Positions 47,429 through 57,740 are shown, counted from the stretch's first letter. The stretch: DNA of 64,000 nt from a candidate division WOR-3 bacterium (GCA_965649265.1 CBFGKC010000006.1:96001-160000), one strand, 5' to 3'. Made by a program: numbers and translations. The notes: a model not told the origin generated them from the sequence alone.

Positions 47429-48275
47429 AATCACCTGGAGAAAGTTCTTGCGGTCTTACATTTGACAAATGTCCGGTATTTTCGATAACCATTGCCGGGG
47501 AGGGTACACCGATCATTTTCAGGTTATTGGCGAGGGTTTTTCGCCTGTGAGCGAAACACTGCCTGACAAGCCTAGAGAAGGTTGCGGGGTCGTCGGGCCA
47601 CAAGGGCTTTTCCAGCGGTTCGACTTTTATCGTTATCGAACGAACCTTGGGCACGGGCGCAAACGCGCGCGGGTCAATCTCAAAGAGTTTCTGGGTTTTC
47701 AGGAAAGCCTGCGCGACCACGGAAAGAGCCGAATAGTCATGAGAACCAAGCTGGGCCGTCAACCGCTCGGCAAACTCCGCCTGAACCGTAAGCACGGCTT
47801 TCTTCCAGAATTTCCTCCTGTCGAGCAGCCAGAAGAGTATCTCCGCCGACAGGTGATACGGAAGATTTCCCAGTACCCCGTCCACACATCCATAGCGATC
47901 AATATCAAGTTCTCTGACATCCGAAAGGAAAAGCTCGAGATTCTTGTGGAGGTCGGCAAGAACCCGGAGAGTCGGGAAGCATGTCTCGTCCACTTCCACC
48001 GCTACTATTCTCGATACCCTGTCGACAATCAAGCGGGTCAGCTCGCCGGTTCCCGCACCTATCTCGATTACCGTATCTTCTTTTTTTGCGCCAAGACTGT
48101 CAACGATTCTTTCACCCACCTCTTTCCATCGCAAGAAGTGCTGACCCAGGCGCTTCTTGGGGTGAACATGGATAATACCCCCATCTAATTTACTGCGTAA
48201 ATTAGATGGGGACCCGCTATCCACGGGCACGGTTCTGGTACTTGAATCTCCGTGCAAGGTTTTCCTCTTACCCAA
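47400..48275 (-). CDS. rsmA: 16S rRNA m6,2A dimethyltransferase
   Basis: PKKRLGQHFL, IEIGAGTG, GNLPYHLS, FAHRRKTLANNL; start uncertain. Confidence 0.93.
   Translation of the reverse strand: MGKRKTLHGDSSTRTVPVDSGSPSNLRSKLDGGIIHVHPKKRLGQHFLRWKEVGERIVDSLGAKKEDTVIEIGAGTGELTRLIVDRVSRIVAVEVDETCFPTLRVLADLHKNLELFLSDVRELDIDRYGCVDGVLGNLPYHLSAEILFWLLDRRKFWKKAVLTVQAEFAERLTAQLGSHDYSALSVVAQAFLKTQKLFEIDPRAFAPVPKVRSITIKVEPLEKPLWPDDPATFSRLVRQCFAHRRKTLANNLKMIGVPSPAMVIENTGHLSNVRPQELSPGDYVKLIDIIA
48179..48211. repeat. perfect 15-bp-stem palindrome at the rsmA 5' end
   Basis: CCCCATCTAATTTAC-TGC-GTAAATTAGATGGGG. Confidence 0.85.
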
Positions 48276-49020
48276 GGAACAGCTCCTTGCCGTTGCGTTC
48301 GGTAAGTGCCGCTATATCCTCAGCAGGTTTGACTAGAATTTCGGCCGCCTTCTCCACAACATATCGGACATATGCGGGTTCGTTACGTTCCCGGCGATGG
48401 GGTTCGGGCGTCAGGTAGGGACAATCGGTCTCCACTAGAAGCCGCTCGAGTGGTGCATTGCCTAGCCAGCGTCGGGTTCTCAGAGCGTCATAAGTTATGG
48501 TTCCGTTCAGACCGAGGTAGAAGCCGAGTTCGACTATTCTGTCCACCTGATTCGAATCGGCGGACACCGAATGGAACACACCCCAGTAGTAGCCGATTTC
48601 CTCTACCGTTCGTATGGTATCGTCCATCGCCTCCCTGGTGTGAATAACTATCGGTAGCTTAACGGACTCGGCGAGTTCTATCTGCTCGGCAAACACCCGG
48701 CGCTGGACGTCGCGCGGGGAGAGGTCCCTGTAGAAATCTAACCCTATTTCTCCAATGGCCTTGACCTTCTCGTGTCTTGTCAATTCCTCAAGTCTGATTA
48801 AATAGTCAGGAGGTGTGTTACGGGAGTCGTGAGGATGATAACCCACGGCAACCCATACCCCGTCGTGTCTTTCCGCGAAGCCAATGGCATCCTCGCACGA
48901 TCGCAGGTCCCAGCCCACCTCAAGCATGAGCGTGACACCCTCCCCCCTGGCCCGTTCTAAGACTCTCTCCCTGTCATTAGCGAAACGTTTGTGGCATATA
49001 TGGGTGTGGGTATCGAACAT
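48268..49020 (-). CDS. tatD: TatD-family deoxyribonuclease
   Basis: FDTHTH, GYHPHD, AIGEIGLDF, IHTREA, ETDCPYL. Confidence 0.95.
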   Translation of the reverse strand: MFDTHTHICHKRFANDRERVLERARGEGVTLMLEVGWDLRSCEDAIGFAERHDGVWVAVGYHPHDSRNTPPDYLIRLEELTRHEKVKAIGEIGLDFYRDLSPRDVQRRVFAEQIELAESVKLPIVIHTREAMDDTIRTVEEIGYYWGVFHSVSADSNQVDRIVELGFYLGLNGTITYDALRTRRWLGNAPLERLLVETDCPYLTPEPHRRERNEPAYVRYVVEKAAEILVKPAEDIAALTERNGKELFLG

Positions 49021-49036
49021 CTTCCCCCTTCATTCC

Positions 49037-49360
49037 TTAAGTCAGTCTTGAACCCGGTTCCGCTTCCTTGTCCATCGTTGCAAGGATAATCTTTCCCTCG
49101 CTTGTCGCTGCAAGAAGCATTCCCTGCGACTCTATTCCTCTGATTACCGCAGGTTCAAGATTGGCGACCACTATAATTTGTTTGTCAAGGAGTTCCTCAG
49201 GCGCATAATGCTGGGCTATACCCGCTACAAGCTGACGTTCTTCGATGCCCACGGTGATTTTCAACTTCAGGAGCTTGTCAGCGCCTTCAACTCGTTCCGC
49301 CGCGAGTACTTTTGCGACTCTCAGATCTACCTTCCTGAAATCATCAATGGAGATGGCCAA
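49037..49360 (-). CDS. stand-alone tRNA-binding domain (MetRS C-terminal/Trbp111-like)
   Basis: IDDFRKVDLRV, ADKLLKL, RQLVAGI, ESQGMLLAA. Confidence 0.9.
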   Translation of the reverse strand: MAISIDDFRKVDLRVAKVLAAERVEGADKLLKLKITVGIEERQLVAGIAQHYAPEELLDKQIIVVANLEPAVIRGIESQGMLLAATSEGKIILATMDKEAEPGSRLT

Positions 49361-49463
49361 TTCTCCTCCTTGAATTAATTTTTAGTGTAGGATACTCATG
49401 AGACTCGTTCTGTCAACGATATGAATTTTTTCGCGTAAAGAAATTGGCAATAATTGGCCGGTT

Positions 49464-51500
49464 TTAATTAACCAGGATAATCTTTCTTATGGATATTTCG
49501 TCGGTAGTTAATGTTCTTAAGAAGTATACGCCGGTTGAAAGGTTTTGAGGCCAGTGTATTTCCATTTCACCGTTAATTACTTGCAGTGGAAGGATTTCTT
49601 CTATCCTTCTGCCGCCAATATCGTAGAGTTCCATTCTGGCGAGCGTCCGGTAGGGCAGATTGAGTTTGAACGGCACGCGGCTGTCCATTACCACGGGAAG
49701 GCTAAGGAGCCTGGAAACGGCACTGTCACGGGGCAGTATTTGTTCCTCGATGCTCAGTCTCAAGACCGGTTTGGCAGCAACAGGCTTGCACCTGCGGAAC
49801 ATTGCATCGATGGTGTTGCTGTCTGCAGCGTAAGATAAAAGAGTAATCTCATCGACGATTCCCTCTACAGAGTGGAGCTTATTGTTCTGACTGCCGACAA
49901 AGAAAGGCCAGTCTTGGTTTTGGTCTTTACCGGGGCGGCCGACCCAGATAGAATCCTGCAATACTGAATTTCGGTAGAAACGAATTATTTCCCCGTCATA
50001 TGTAGCCGCCAGAAACATCCAATGATCAAGATTCTCCTGCGGATCCCCGGTCAAACGAAAGAAAGACTTCGATCGCGATTCGGTTGTGGTCCAGAGCGTG
50101 TCGTGCAAGAACGCAAGGTCCTCCGGCAGCAAGGGCTCGGAACAGAACGAAACGAATCCGGCTCTGTAATCTTCGAAAGCCGCGGCTTTTTCGAGATCGA
50201 ATTTGATGAGACTTGCGTTGCCCGATTCCCAGACGTACTTACCGTCAAAATCCAGACCCTGAGAAGAGCCGGCGTTTCTGTATCGTCCTAAAATCTTCGG
50301 CTGGCCGGTGGCAAGAGAGGTCTTTTCGTCAACGATGTATGTGTAATGATTGACTCCCCAGGTGGAAATAAGAAGGCGTGACGTATCACCAAACGGAGCA
50401 AAACAGCATGCGGATAAGCTGTCTTGGTTGATAGAGAACGTACCGATGATGTTCGCGGAATGCGTTTCGTATGATTTATGATAATCGATCGCGTAAATCA
50501 TATTGGATTTGAAATCCGAGGCCCACAAGATATCGGATACCGAATCGTATGCCAGTCCTGACGTATGTTTGGCCTCGGGCGGCATATCGAACCAGCCGGT
50601 GCGTGACAGGTCGGCAGGATTGATCCTCCATACTTGAGAGGGTTGATTCGGATCGAGGTCAACGGCAAGAAAAAGCTCTTCCCCGACCGATGTAAGCCCC
50701 TGGGGAATAAATTTTTCTGAAACAAGGGGGCTTCCTACCCTTTCCCAGCCGAATGGAGGCATCATGCACGTAGAGGTTGTTGCCGCGTGGGATACCGAAA
50801 AGCAGAGATTCCCGCTTTGGAGCCAAATTTTGAAAAAATCGCTCACTTCGGCAATGATTCGCTGCGAAGCGGAGTATGCAAGGTTGCTCGAAGTGTCAAG
50901 CTTGAGCCATAAGGCGACTGTAAATGAATCCCTCAACGAATTCACGGGAATATCTGCCATTGCATAAGTACCTTTAGAAAAACACAAAGCCGAGCCCGAT
51001 GAAAATGTCAAATCTTCCCTGTTTTGCCATCCTCCGCCGTCCCCTTCCTTCCAGGATGTTCCGTTAAGAGTAAGACAACCGTTATGTTCCTCATAGTATG
51101 TCGAGTTCCCCAGGCCTTCGTCGCAGTGGAAAACCCAGCCTTGACCCGGGTCGACGGATATTTTTGTAAATACCGAATCGAAGTTTGGCCCAGTGTTTTC
51201 TTCATTTGCATAATATAAATCAAGGAAATCTTCGCCGGGTAAGAGAGTATCCATCTTGAGCCAGATGCTGGTTGAATTGGTTTGAATAGTATCCTCAATC
51301 CAGTACGGGATAAGATTATTATGGTGATAAAAGCGCAGCGAGTACGCCTCCGGATCGAGCTTTCCCTGGTCAATTAGGTCGCGGGTATCCAGATTTAAAT
51401 GAACCTGAACGTCTACAGCCGGGGTATCCGCAGGATTGCTTACTGTAATCTTGCGCTCGTATATATTCGACGCGAAGAGGTATAAAATCAAAAGCCCCAC
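49464..51500 (-). CDS. secreted DUF2341 + LamG-like + propeller protein with T9SS-type CTD
   Basis: RKITVSN...LRF...IPYWIE (DUF2341); FTVALW, AATYDG, GIVDEI (LamG); YDIGGRRI...GVYF...KIILVN. Confidence 0.78.
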   Translation of the reverse strand: MGLLILYLFASNIYERKITVSNPADTPAVDVQVHLNLDTRDLIDQGKLDPEAYSLRFYHHNNLIPYWIEDTIQTNSTSIWLKMDTLLPGEDFLDLYYANEENTGPNFDSVFTKISVDPGQGWVFHCDEGLGNSTYYEEHNGCLTLNGTSWKEGDGGGWQNREDLTFSSGSALCFSKGTYAMADIPVNSLRDSFTVALWLKLDTSSNLAYSASQRIIAEVSDFFKIWLQSGNLCFSVSHAATTSTCMMPPFGWERVGSPLVSEKFIPQGLTSVGEELFLAVDLDPNQPSQVWRINPADLSRTGWFDMPPEAKHTSGLAYDSVSDILWASDFKSNMIYAIDYHKSYETHSANIIGTFSINQDSLSACCFAPFGDTSRLLISTWGVNHYTYIVDEKTSLATGQPKILGRYRNAGSSQGLDFDGKYVWESGNASLIKFDLEKAAAFEDYRAGFVSFCSEPLLPEDLAFLHDTLWTTTESRSKSFFRLTGDPQENLDHWMFLAATYDGEIIRFYRNSVLQDSIWVGRPGKDQNQDWPFFVGSQNNKLHSVEGIVDEITLLSYAADSNTIDAMFRRCKPVAAKPVLRLSIEEQILPRDSAVSRLLSLPVVMDSRVPFKLNLPYRTLARMELYDIGGRRIEEILPLQVINGEMEIHWPQNLSTGVYFLRTLTTDEISIRKIILVN

Positions 51501-51540
51501 GCGCTCCTGCCTTTCTTAGAGTGAGTGGGGCTTTCGAATA

Positions 51541-51903
51541 TCATGAACTCATGAAGTTTTGATAGATAATCCCGTAGCGCGTCCTGACCGGTTCGTTGGA
51601 GCCCATTCTTGCGACCCAGCCGTTCTGAACGACTTGCCAGGTGCCGGGCTTGACGCCCTTTGATTCCACGAACGCGTTCACGGCCTCGGGGCCCATGATG
51701 CTATTCTTGCCCATCAGCGCCGTTATCTCGGCGTACTTATCCAGGGTGATGCCCTCGATAGGCGCCCACATGGGGTCATTGAAGTCCACCGGCTGCGAAG
51801 CCTTCTGCTGATCTTCCGCGGCCTTTGCCTGCATATCCTGGGATTTTTTTATCGCATCGTTGGCGTTCTTCATCATGTTGTCGAAATCCTTAAACATGCC
51901 CAT
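51541..51903 (-). CDS. hypothetical protein
   Basis: RBS AAAGGAGG; PIEGITLDKYAEI, W...GW..RM pattern. Confidence 0.78.
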   Translation of the reverse strand: MGMFKDFDNMMKNANDAIKKSQDMQAKAAEDQQKASQPVDFNDPMWAPIEGITLDKYAEITALMGKNSIMGPEAVNAFVESKGVKPGTWQVVQNGWVARMGSNEPVRTRYGIIYQNFMSS

Positions 51904-52347
51904 GGTTCCTCCTTTGGTTTTGGCATACGTTGGCAGTATAGACAGCCGGTTAAAGTTGTCAATACGGAATTTTCCGGGTGTACTTAGGTAGAATAGAGGA
52001 TGTCCTCCTTATCGAGAGGGGGTACTACCCCTCTTCGTTCTTGGATGAGGCTGCGCTTCAAGGAAGCGCCGGGTGAGGGTTCCTCACTAACTGGAAGGGG
52101 GGAGGGGGAATCACTTTCTTCCTACCTTGGTGGAGGGGGCGGGGCGACCTCGTAGGGGCTTACGTGGATGCTTCTGCATCCGCTTCGCGTTAGGTGAGCC
52201 CGCAAAAAAACGGGCTGACCTGAAGGTCGGCTCCTGCACTTTGCGAGGCTGCGCCCGTTAAAGAATTTGATATTGCAGAGTAAACCTAATTGCTTTGATA
52301 ATCCTCGATTATCTTCCCATGATCGAAACAAATGTCACCCCAAGTAA

Positions 52348-52767
52348 TTACTTCGTAATTTCTTGGGGACCCCGATTGATGTAATCACGGATGATTGTTG
52401 AGTGATCAAACGTAATCTGTTCCGGTAATGTATCCAGCTTAAAGACGCGGGCGAGCTTCGCGTCGTCGCCTTCGCGTAACACACCCTTGCCGTCGGCGGT
52501 GAAGACGACGGATACGGTATGGAAGCGGGGATCGCGCGAGGGTTCGGAGTAGACGTGGAACTGCTCGAGATTGTCCAAATCGAGTCCGGTCTCCTCCTTC
52601 ATCTCCCTGCGCACGGCCTGCTCGACCGTCTCGCCTATCTCGACGAACCCGCCCGGCAGCGCCCACCCCGGGGGAGGGTAGCGTCTCTCGACAAGGATAA
52701 TCCCGCCTTCGTACCGGATGATGCAGTCAACGGTCAGGTATGGGGTTTTGGGCGGCGACCAGGTCAT
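52348..52767 (-). CDS. NUDIX hydrolase
   Basis: Nudix box GGFVEIGETVEQAVRREMKEETGL; RDPR; GDDA; FDH. Confidence 0.95.
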   Translation of the reverse strand: MTWSPPKTPYLTVDCIIRYEGGIILVERRYPPPGWALPGGFVEIGETVEQAVRREMKEETGLDLDNLEQFHVYSEPSRDPRFHTVSVVFTADGKGVLREGDDAKLARVFKLDTLPEQITFDHSTIIRDYINRGPQEITK

Positions 52768-52793
52768 ACGCTGTCAGTAATGCAACAATCGTT

Positions 52794-52938
52794 TTGTTGC
52801 CGCAATGACACGGTCATTGCACTCCACACGGACTTGTTGCCGCAATGACACGGTCATCGCACTCCACACGGACTTGTTGCCGCAATGACGCGGTTATCGC
52901 ACTCCACACAGACTTTGTTGCCGCAATGGCGCGGTCAT
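52794..52938. repeat. 40-bp palindromic tandem repeat, 3.6 copies
   Basis: TTGTTGCCGCAATGACACGGTCATTGCACTCCACACGGAC; internal stem GCAATGAC-ACG-GTCATTGC. Confidence 0.9.
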
Positions 52939-52972
52939 AATCGATCTGCGTAGTTCTTGAATCAAATAATCC

Positions 52973-55459
52973 CTAATGCGCTTCGCCCCAGTTATCGCCC
53001 GAACCTATCTCGACCTCCAGGGGCACCGAGAGCTTCCACGCCGATTCCATGTCGCGCTTGACTATCTCCATCGCGCGGTCTACCTTTTTTTCAGGAACCT
53101 CGAACAGAAGCTCGTCGTGTATCTGCAGGAGCATTCCTGGCTCTATGCCTTCGTCCGTAAGACTCTTTTCGACCTTTATCATCGCGGCCTTGATGATGTC
53201 GGCTGCGGAGCCTTGCACGGGCGCGTTGATGATCGCGCGCTCGGCGACGTCGGCGCGATTGGGAACCTGCGGCACGCGGCGCACACGTCCCGCAATCGTG
53301 GAGACGTAGCCTTTCTCCACCGCCTCCTGCACAATGCGCTCCCGCCAGGCCGATACGCCCGGGAACGACGCGAGGTAGTGATCGATGAAGTGCGCGGCCT
53401 CCTCGGTCGAGACGCCCATGCGGCGGGCGAAGCCGTAGGGACCCATGCCGTAGATGATTCCGTAGTTGATGGCCTTCGACATGCGGCGGTGGTCCGCCGT
53501 GATCTCCGATTCTTTTACCCCGAACACGCGCATGGCGGTCTCGGTGTGCACGTCGCGGTGGGCGTGGAAGATTTCTGTAAGCGCATCGTCGGCTGCGATA
53601 TCGGCAAGCACGCGAAGCTCTATCTGGGAGTAGTCCGCCGACAAAAGCTTGTTGCCTGCAGCGGCCACGAAGCCCTTGCGCATCGCCGGCCCGCGCTCGC
53701 CCCTTATCGGAATATTTTGCAGGTTAGGGTTGGCGGTCGAAAGCCTGCCGGTCGAAGCGCCGGTCTGGTCGAAGGTGGTGTGAATCCTCGAATCGGAATC
53801 CACGAGCGTGACGAGCGGCCTCAGATACGTTGAAAGCAACTTGGAGAACTCCCGCCACTCGAGAATCTTCGGGATGACCGGGTGCGCGTCCACCATCTCC
53901 TCAAGCACGTCCGCCGAGGTCGAATAGCCCGTCTTCGTGCGCCTGCGCGGCCTGATGCCTAAATCCTTGAAGAGAATTTGCTGCAGCTGCTTAGGCGAGC
54001 CTATGGTGAACTTCGTTCCGGCAAGCTCGTAAATATCGGTCTCGAGTTTTGCGAGTTCGTCCTCCCACTCGTCCGTCAACTTACCGAAATACTCAGTATC
54101 GAGCCTGACTCCGCGCTCTTCCATCTTCGCAAGAACAGGGATGAGGGGCACCTCCATCTCTTCGTAGACCTTGAGTGCGCTCACTTCCTTTAGCTCCATC
54201 TCGTAATGCTCGCCCGCATCGTGCATGAGGCTTACGGCGTCGGCCGGCGATGCCAGCGGCCTTCCTGCCGCGTGCACGAGAACGCGCTCGAGCGTTCTCA
54301 GGGAGAGATCGGAGTTTTCCACGAACGCCATAAGATGCAAATCCCAAAGCTTGCCTTTGATCTCAAACCCCAGCTTGATCAGCGGTTTGGCGTCCCAGAG
54401 AATCTTGGGAAAAGCTTTGTTCGAAAGCAACTCCCGAACTTGTTCCTCCTTGACCTCGGCAATCGTGAATCCGTCGGATGCTAGAACCCTTTCGTAGCAT
54501 CCTCCGATGCAGCCTTTCTCGTCGGAAAACATGTCGGCCTGACCCGTTTTCTCCTCGAACAGGAAGGAAAGGGGGTCACCCTTCTTCGGCGCAAACTCAG
54601 CCTTCGAAATCTCGAGCGTTCCCTTCTTCTTGTCCTTCGGTTTCATGTGCGAAAGGCGCGAGGTGAAGCCGAGCTCGTTGTAGACGGCCTGCAGCGCCCC
54701 TTCGTCCTCGCTTCCGCAACGCAGGTCCTCATCCTTGATCTTCAAGGGTACGTCCTTGTGAAGCTGAACGAGTTCGTAAGAGAGCGTTGCTATCTGTCTG
54801 TGTTCTGCCAGCTTCTCGTCCTTTTCGAGCGCGGTCGCGAGGTTACCGTACTTCTCGATAAGAGCGAGCGCACGTTTTGGACCGATGCCGGGAACGCCCG
54901 GTATGCCGTCCGACGAGTCGCCCATGAGTGCGAGGAGGTCCGTTACCTTTTCGGGCGTCACTCCCATCTTCGTCTTCACTCCCTTTGAGTCGAACTCCTC
55001 GTCCTTGTAGGTGTCGTAAACGACTACATTATCTCCCACCAGTTGCGTCAAATCCTTGTCGCCCGAGACAATCACGATCTTCGTGAACTTTTCCCTGAAA
55101 CGCTCCGTTATCGTGGCCATGATATCGTCGGCCTCGTAACCCTCGAGTAAAAAGACGGGCAGGCCCTGCATCTTGGCGATTTCAGCGATCATGGGAACCT
55201 GCCAGATAAGCTCGTCTGGCGTCTCGGGTCTGTCCTTCTTGTAGTCTCGGAACTTTTCGTGCCTGAATACTTCTCTTCCTGCGTCGAACGTGATGACAAT
55301 GGAATCCGTCGGGTAGCGTTCCCTTATCTTGTCCATGGCCTGAAGGAACCCGTAAATCGCCGAGGTGTTGCGACCTTTTGTGTCTCTCAGGGGGTTGCGG
55401 ATAAGGGCGAAGTACGAGCGGTAGGCTATGGAGTGGCCATCAATCAGGACAAGTATCAC
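52973..55459 (-). CDS. polA: DNA polymerase I
   Basis: LIDGHSIAYRSY, GYEADD, GDSSDGIPGVPGIG, DYSQIELR, KAINYGIIYG, QIHDELLFE; GTG start at 55459. Confidence 0.97.
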   Translation of the reverse strand: MILVLIDGHSIAYRSYFALIRNPLRDTKGRNTSAIYGFLQAMDKIRERYPTDSIVITFDAGREVFRHEKFRDYKKDRPETPDELIWQVPMIAEIAKMQGLPVFLLEGYEADDIMATITERFREKFTKIVIVSGDKDLTQLVGDNVVVYDTYKDEEFDSKGVKTKMGVTPEKVTDLLALMGDSSDGIPGVPGIGPKRALALIEKYGNLATALEKDEKLAEHRQIATLSYELVQLHKDVPLKIKDEDLRCGSEDEGALQAVYNELGFTSRLSHMKPKDKKKGTLEISKAEFAPKKGDPLSFLFEEKTGQADMFSDEKGCIGGCYERVLASDGFTIAEVKEEQVRELLSNKAFPKILWDAKPLIKLGFEIKGKLWDLHLMAFVENSDLSLRTLERVLVHAAGRPLASPADAVSLMHDAGEHYEMELKEVSALKVYEEMEVPLIPVLAKMEERGVRLDTEYFGKLTDEWEDELAKLETDIYELAGTKFTIGSPKQLQQILFKDLGIRPRRRTKTGYSTSADVLEEMVDAHPVIPKILEWREFSKLLSTYLRPLVTLVDSDSRIHTTFDQTGASTGRLSTANPNLQNIPIRGERGPAMRKGFVAAAGNKLLSADYSQIELRVLADIAADDALTEIFHAHRDVHTETAMRVFGVKESEITADHRRMSKAINYGIIYGMGPYGFARRMGVSTEEAAHFIDHYLASFPGVSAWRERIVQEAVEKGYVSTIAGRVRRVPQVPNRADVAERAIINAPVQGSAADIIKAAMIKVEKSLTDEGIEPGMLLQIHDELLFEVPEKKVDRAMEIVKRDMESAWKLSVPLEVEIGSGDNWGEAH

Positions 55460-55565
55460 GCCCCCCTCCCAGCCTTCCTCGCCCTCCTCGCCCTCCTCAG
55501 GCACACCCTTCTCAGCCTCATCTGTCTGATTAAAGGACGTTTCAATCGAGGGAGTCTTGCTCGAT

Positions 55566-56324
55566 TCATGGTGTACTCTGCCGCTTTTCTTTTGCTTGTT
55601 GAAGAGACTTTTTCACCAGCTCAGTTGCTCTGTACAGCGATTCGAAGGTGCCCGCATCCGTCCACCAGCCCGAAAGCTTTGCCCAGCGCATCTGGCCCCA
55701 GGAGATATAGGTGTTGTTCACGTCCGTTATCTCGAGTTCATTTCTTCCTGATGGCGAGAGCCCTTTAACGATCTCGAACACACGTTTGTCGTACATGTAG
55801 ATTCCGGTCACAGCCAGGTTGGATTCCGGTTTCTTCGGCTTCTCCACAATCCTGGCGACGTGTGCACCTTCCACGGTCGCAACGCCGAAGCGCTGGGCGT
55901 CCTTCACTTCCTTCAGAAGAATCATCGCGCCGGTTCCGGCGGCCTCGAACTTCTTGATGTAGGGGAGGAGGGGGGCGGAAAAAATGTTGTCTCCGAGAAT
56001 CACCACAACCGGCTGGCCCTCCGAGAAATCCTCGGCGAGCGATAGCGCTTCCGCGATGCCGCCGTGACCGTCCTGGTAGGTGTAGTGCAGACCCTTGATG
56101 CCGAACTTCCTTCCGTTTCCCAAAAGCCTCAAAAAGTCACCCGCGAATTCGCCGCCCGTGACCAAAAGTATCTCCTCGATTCCGGCCTCGACTAATTTCT
56201 CAATAGGATAAAGCACCATCGGTTTGTCGTAGACAGGCAAAAGGTGTTTGTTGGTCACCTCAGTCAGCGGCGCGAGCCTGGTGCCCATGCCGCCCGCAAG
56301 TATCACGCCTTTCTTCAATTTCAT
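55566..56324 (-). CDS. sugar-phosphate nucleotidyltransferase (RmlA/SpsI-like)
   Basis: GVILAGGMGTRL, NKHLLPVYDKPM, LGDN, EKP, ELEITD, WTDAGT; leaderless promoter TTGACT-N17-TAAGAT. Confidence 0.93.
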   Translation of the reverse strand: MKLKKGVILAGGMGTRLAPLTEVTNKHLLPVYDKPMVLYPIEKLVEAGIEEILLVTGGEFAGDFLRLLGNGRKFGIKGLHYTYQDGHGGIAEALSLAEDFSEGQPVVVILGDNIFSAPLLPYIKKFEAAGTGAMILLKEVKDAQRFGVATVEGAHVARIVEKPKKPESNLAVTGIYMYDKRVFEIVKGLSPSGRNELEITDVNNTYISWGQMRWAKLSGWWTDAGTFESLYRATELVKKSLQQAKEKRQSTP

Positions 56325-56445
56325 TCGCTATCTTACAGCAGGAGAGGGGAGGAGTCAAGGGAGTAAATGATTACACGCAAAGTTTGACACTATAAGACGG
56401 TTTTCTTATAATGCAAACAGAGGATACAAGCCAAAGGAGGAAAAG

Positions 56446-57657
56446 ATGAAGCGTTGCTTTCTCGCAGTTGTGTTCGCAGTGCTTTTGTTCGTTTATTGCT
56501 CTCTGCCGAAGTATCACGGCGAGCCTCTCTGGACTTTTGAGGCCAAAGGGAGGATATGTTCCTCGGCTCTCGGCCAGGATGGAACTATTTATTTTACCAT
56601 GAATTACAAAGATACCGCAAGTCTTTATGCGCTGAACCCCGACGGCGACATTAAATGGAAGTACACGTCAATTAGCACAAAGGATACTTTGAGGAGCTTT
56701 GATTTCCTGTCGATAAGAAGCGACGGGACAATCTATGTCGGCGGCGAGAGTGTTCTTTTCGCGCTGAATCCGGACGGAAGTCTCTTATGGAGTTATGAAG
56801 ATGTTTGTCAGGTCGGCGGAATGCTAATCGGGACTGAAGGGGCGTTGTACATTCTCGACAGCGGTATTCTCATCGCATTAAACGAGAGTGGAGAAAAGCT
56901 ATGGGAATCTGATTTGGACATTATTCTTCTGGGATGCATTTCAGCCGATGGATCGGTATATGTTTATGAGAGCAGCCTTAGTTCTCCGATTGAAAATGCT
57001 GTTTCCTTGTATCCAGACGGCACTTTAAAGTGGCGGCGTGATTGCACAATTGGATTTCCTTGTCCCTATCCTAGTCCAGCTGTTGGCGAGGACGGAACAA
57101 TCTACGATGCACAGATGTATCTCATGGCCATTTCGGACAATGGGGATTGCTTATGGAATTACAAGGATTGTTTTAATCCGTCAATAGGCTCAGATGAAAG
57201 CATATATGCCGTTGGGTATTACAACAATGCCAAAAAGAACAAAGTTATAGCGTTTGACGATTCGGGTAAAGTGGCATGGGAATACAAGATTCCGGGGGAA
57301 AAAAGAACAGTGGGTTATATTTCGCCTGTGGTTGGTGCAGACGGGACGATCTATGTGGGTGAATGTTTTTACTTCTTTTGGGGTTGGACTCCTGAAGAAG
57401 ACTACTATCTTTACGCGCTGGATAATACCGGCAGGCTTTTGTGGACATATAGTATTGACGGGTTTCTCTCGAATCCTCCTCTGCTTGCCCAGGACGGGAC
57501 GCTCTACTTATGCACGAATTCTTCACTCGAAAGCGACGGTGCTAATTCAAAAGTAAAAATAACCGCCCTTCAAACCGAGTCAATGGGTCTTGCCTCCTCC
57601 TCCTGGCCGCGGGCCGGGCACGACAACCAGAACACGGGCCGCGCGAGTGGGCATTAG
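56446..57657 (+). CDS. PQQ-like beta-propeller lipoprotein
   Basis: Repeats DGTIY / LYALNPDG..KW; lipobox-like VY-C; promoter TTGACA-N17-TATAAT at 56384-56412. Confidence 0.85.
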   Translation: MKRCFLAVVFAVLLFVYCSLPKYHGEPLWTFEAKGRICSSALGQDGTIYFTMNYKDTASLYALNPDGDIKWKYTSISTKDTLRSFDFLSIRSDGTIYVGGESVLFALNPDGSLLWSYEDVCQVGGMLIGTEGALYILDSGILIALNESGEKLWESDLDIILLGCISADGSVYVYESSLSSPIENAVSLYPDGTLKWRRDCTIGFPCPYPSPAVGEDGTIYDAQMYLMAISDNGDCLWNYKDCFNPSIGSDESIYAVGYYNNAKKNKVIAFDDSGKVAWEYKIPGEKRTVGYISPVVGADGTIYVGECFYFFWGWTPEEDYYLYALDNTGRLLWTYSIDGFLSNPPLLAQDGTLYLCTNSSLESDGANSKVKITALQTESMGLASSSWPRAGHDNQNTGRASGH

Positions 57658-57740
57658 GAAAGTACTTGACAGTGTAGAATTTCCTTTTATTATTTATATG
57701 TGGTCAAACCCTGCGAGGCGGGAAAATCTAGGAGGATAAC

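Noticed and set aside
52794-52938. CRISPR array
   Set aside because: Units are head-to-tail with no unique spacers, and no cas genes are present.
52976-53833. Long antisense ORFs over polA (also over GWxTD, phoU, rsmA and the methyltransferase gene)
   Set aside because: Shadows of GC-biased genes with no motifs or RBS.
55460-55504. Acidic N-terminal extension of PolA
   Set aside because: Encoded by CCCTCCTC repeats; homology begins at GTG 55459, which has its own G-rich SD.
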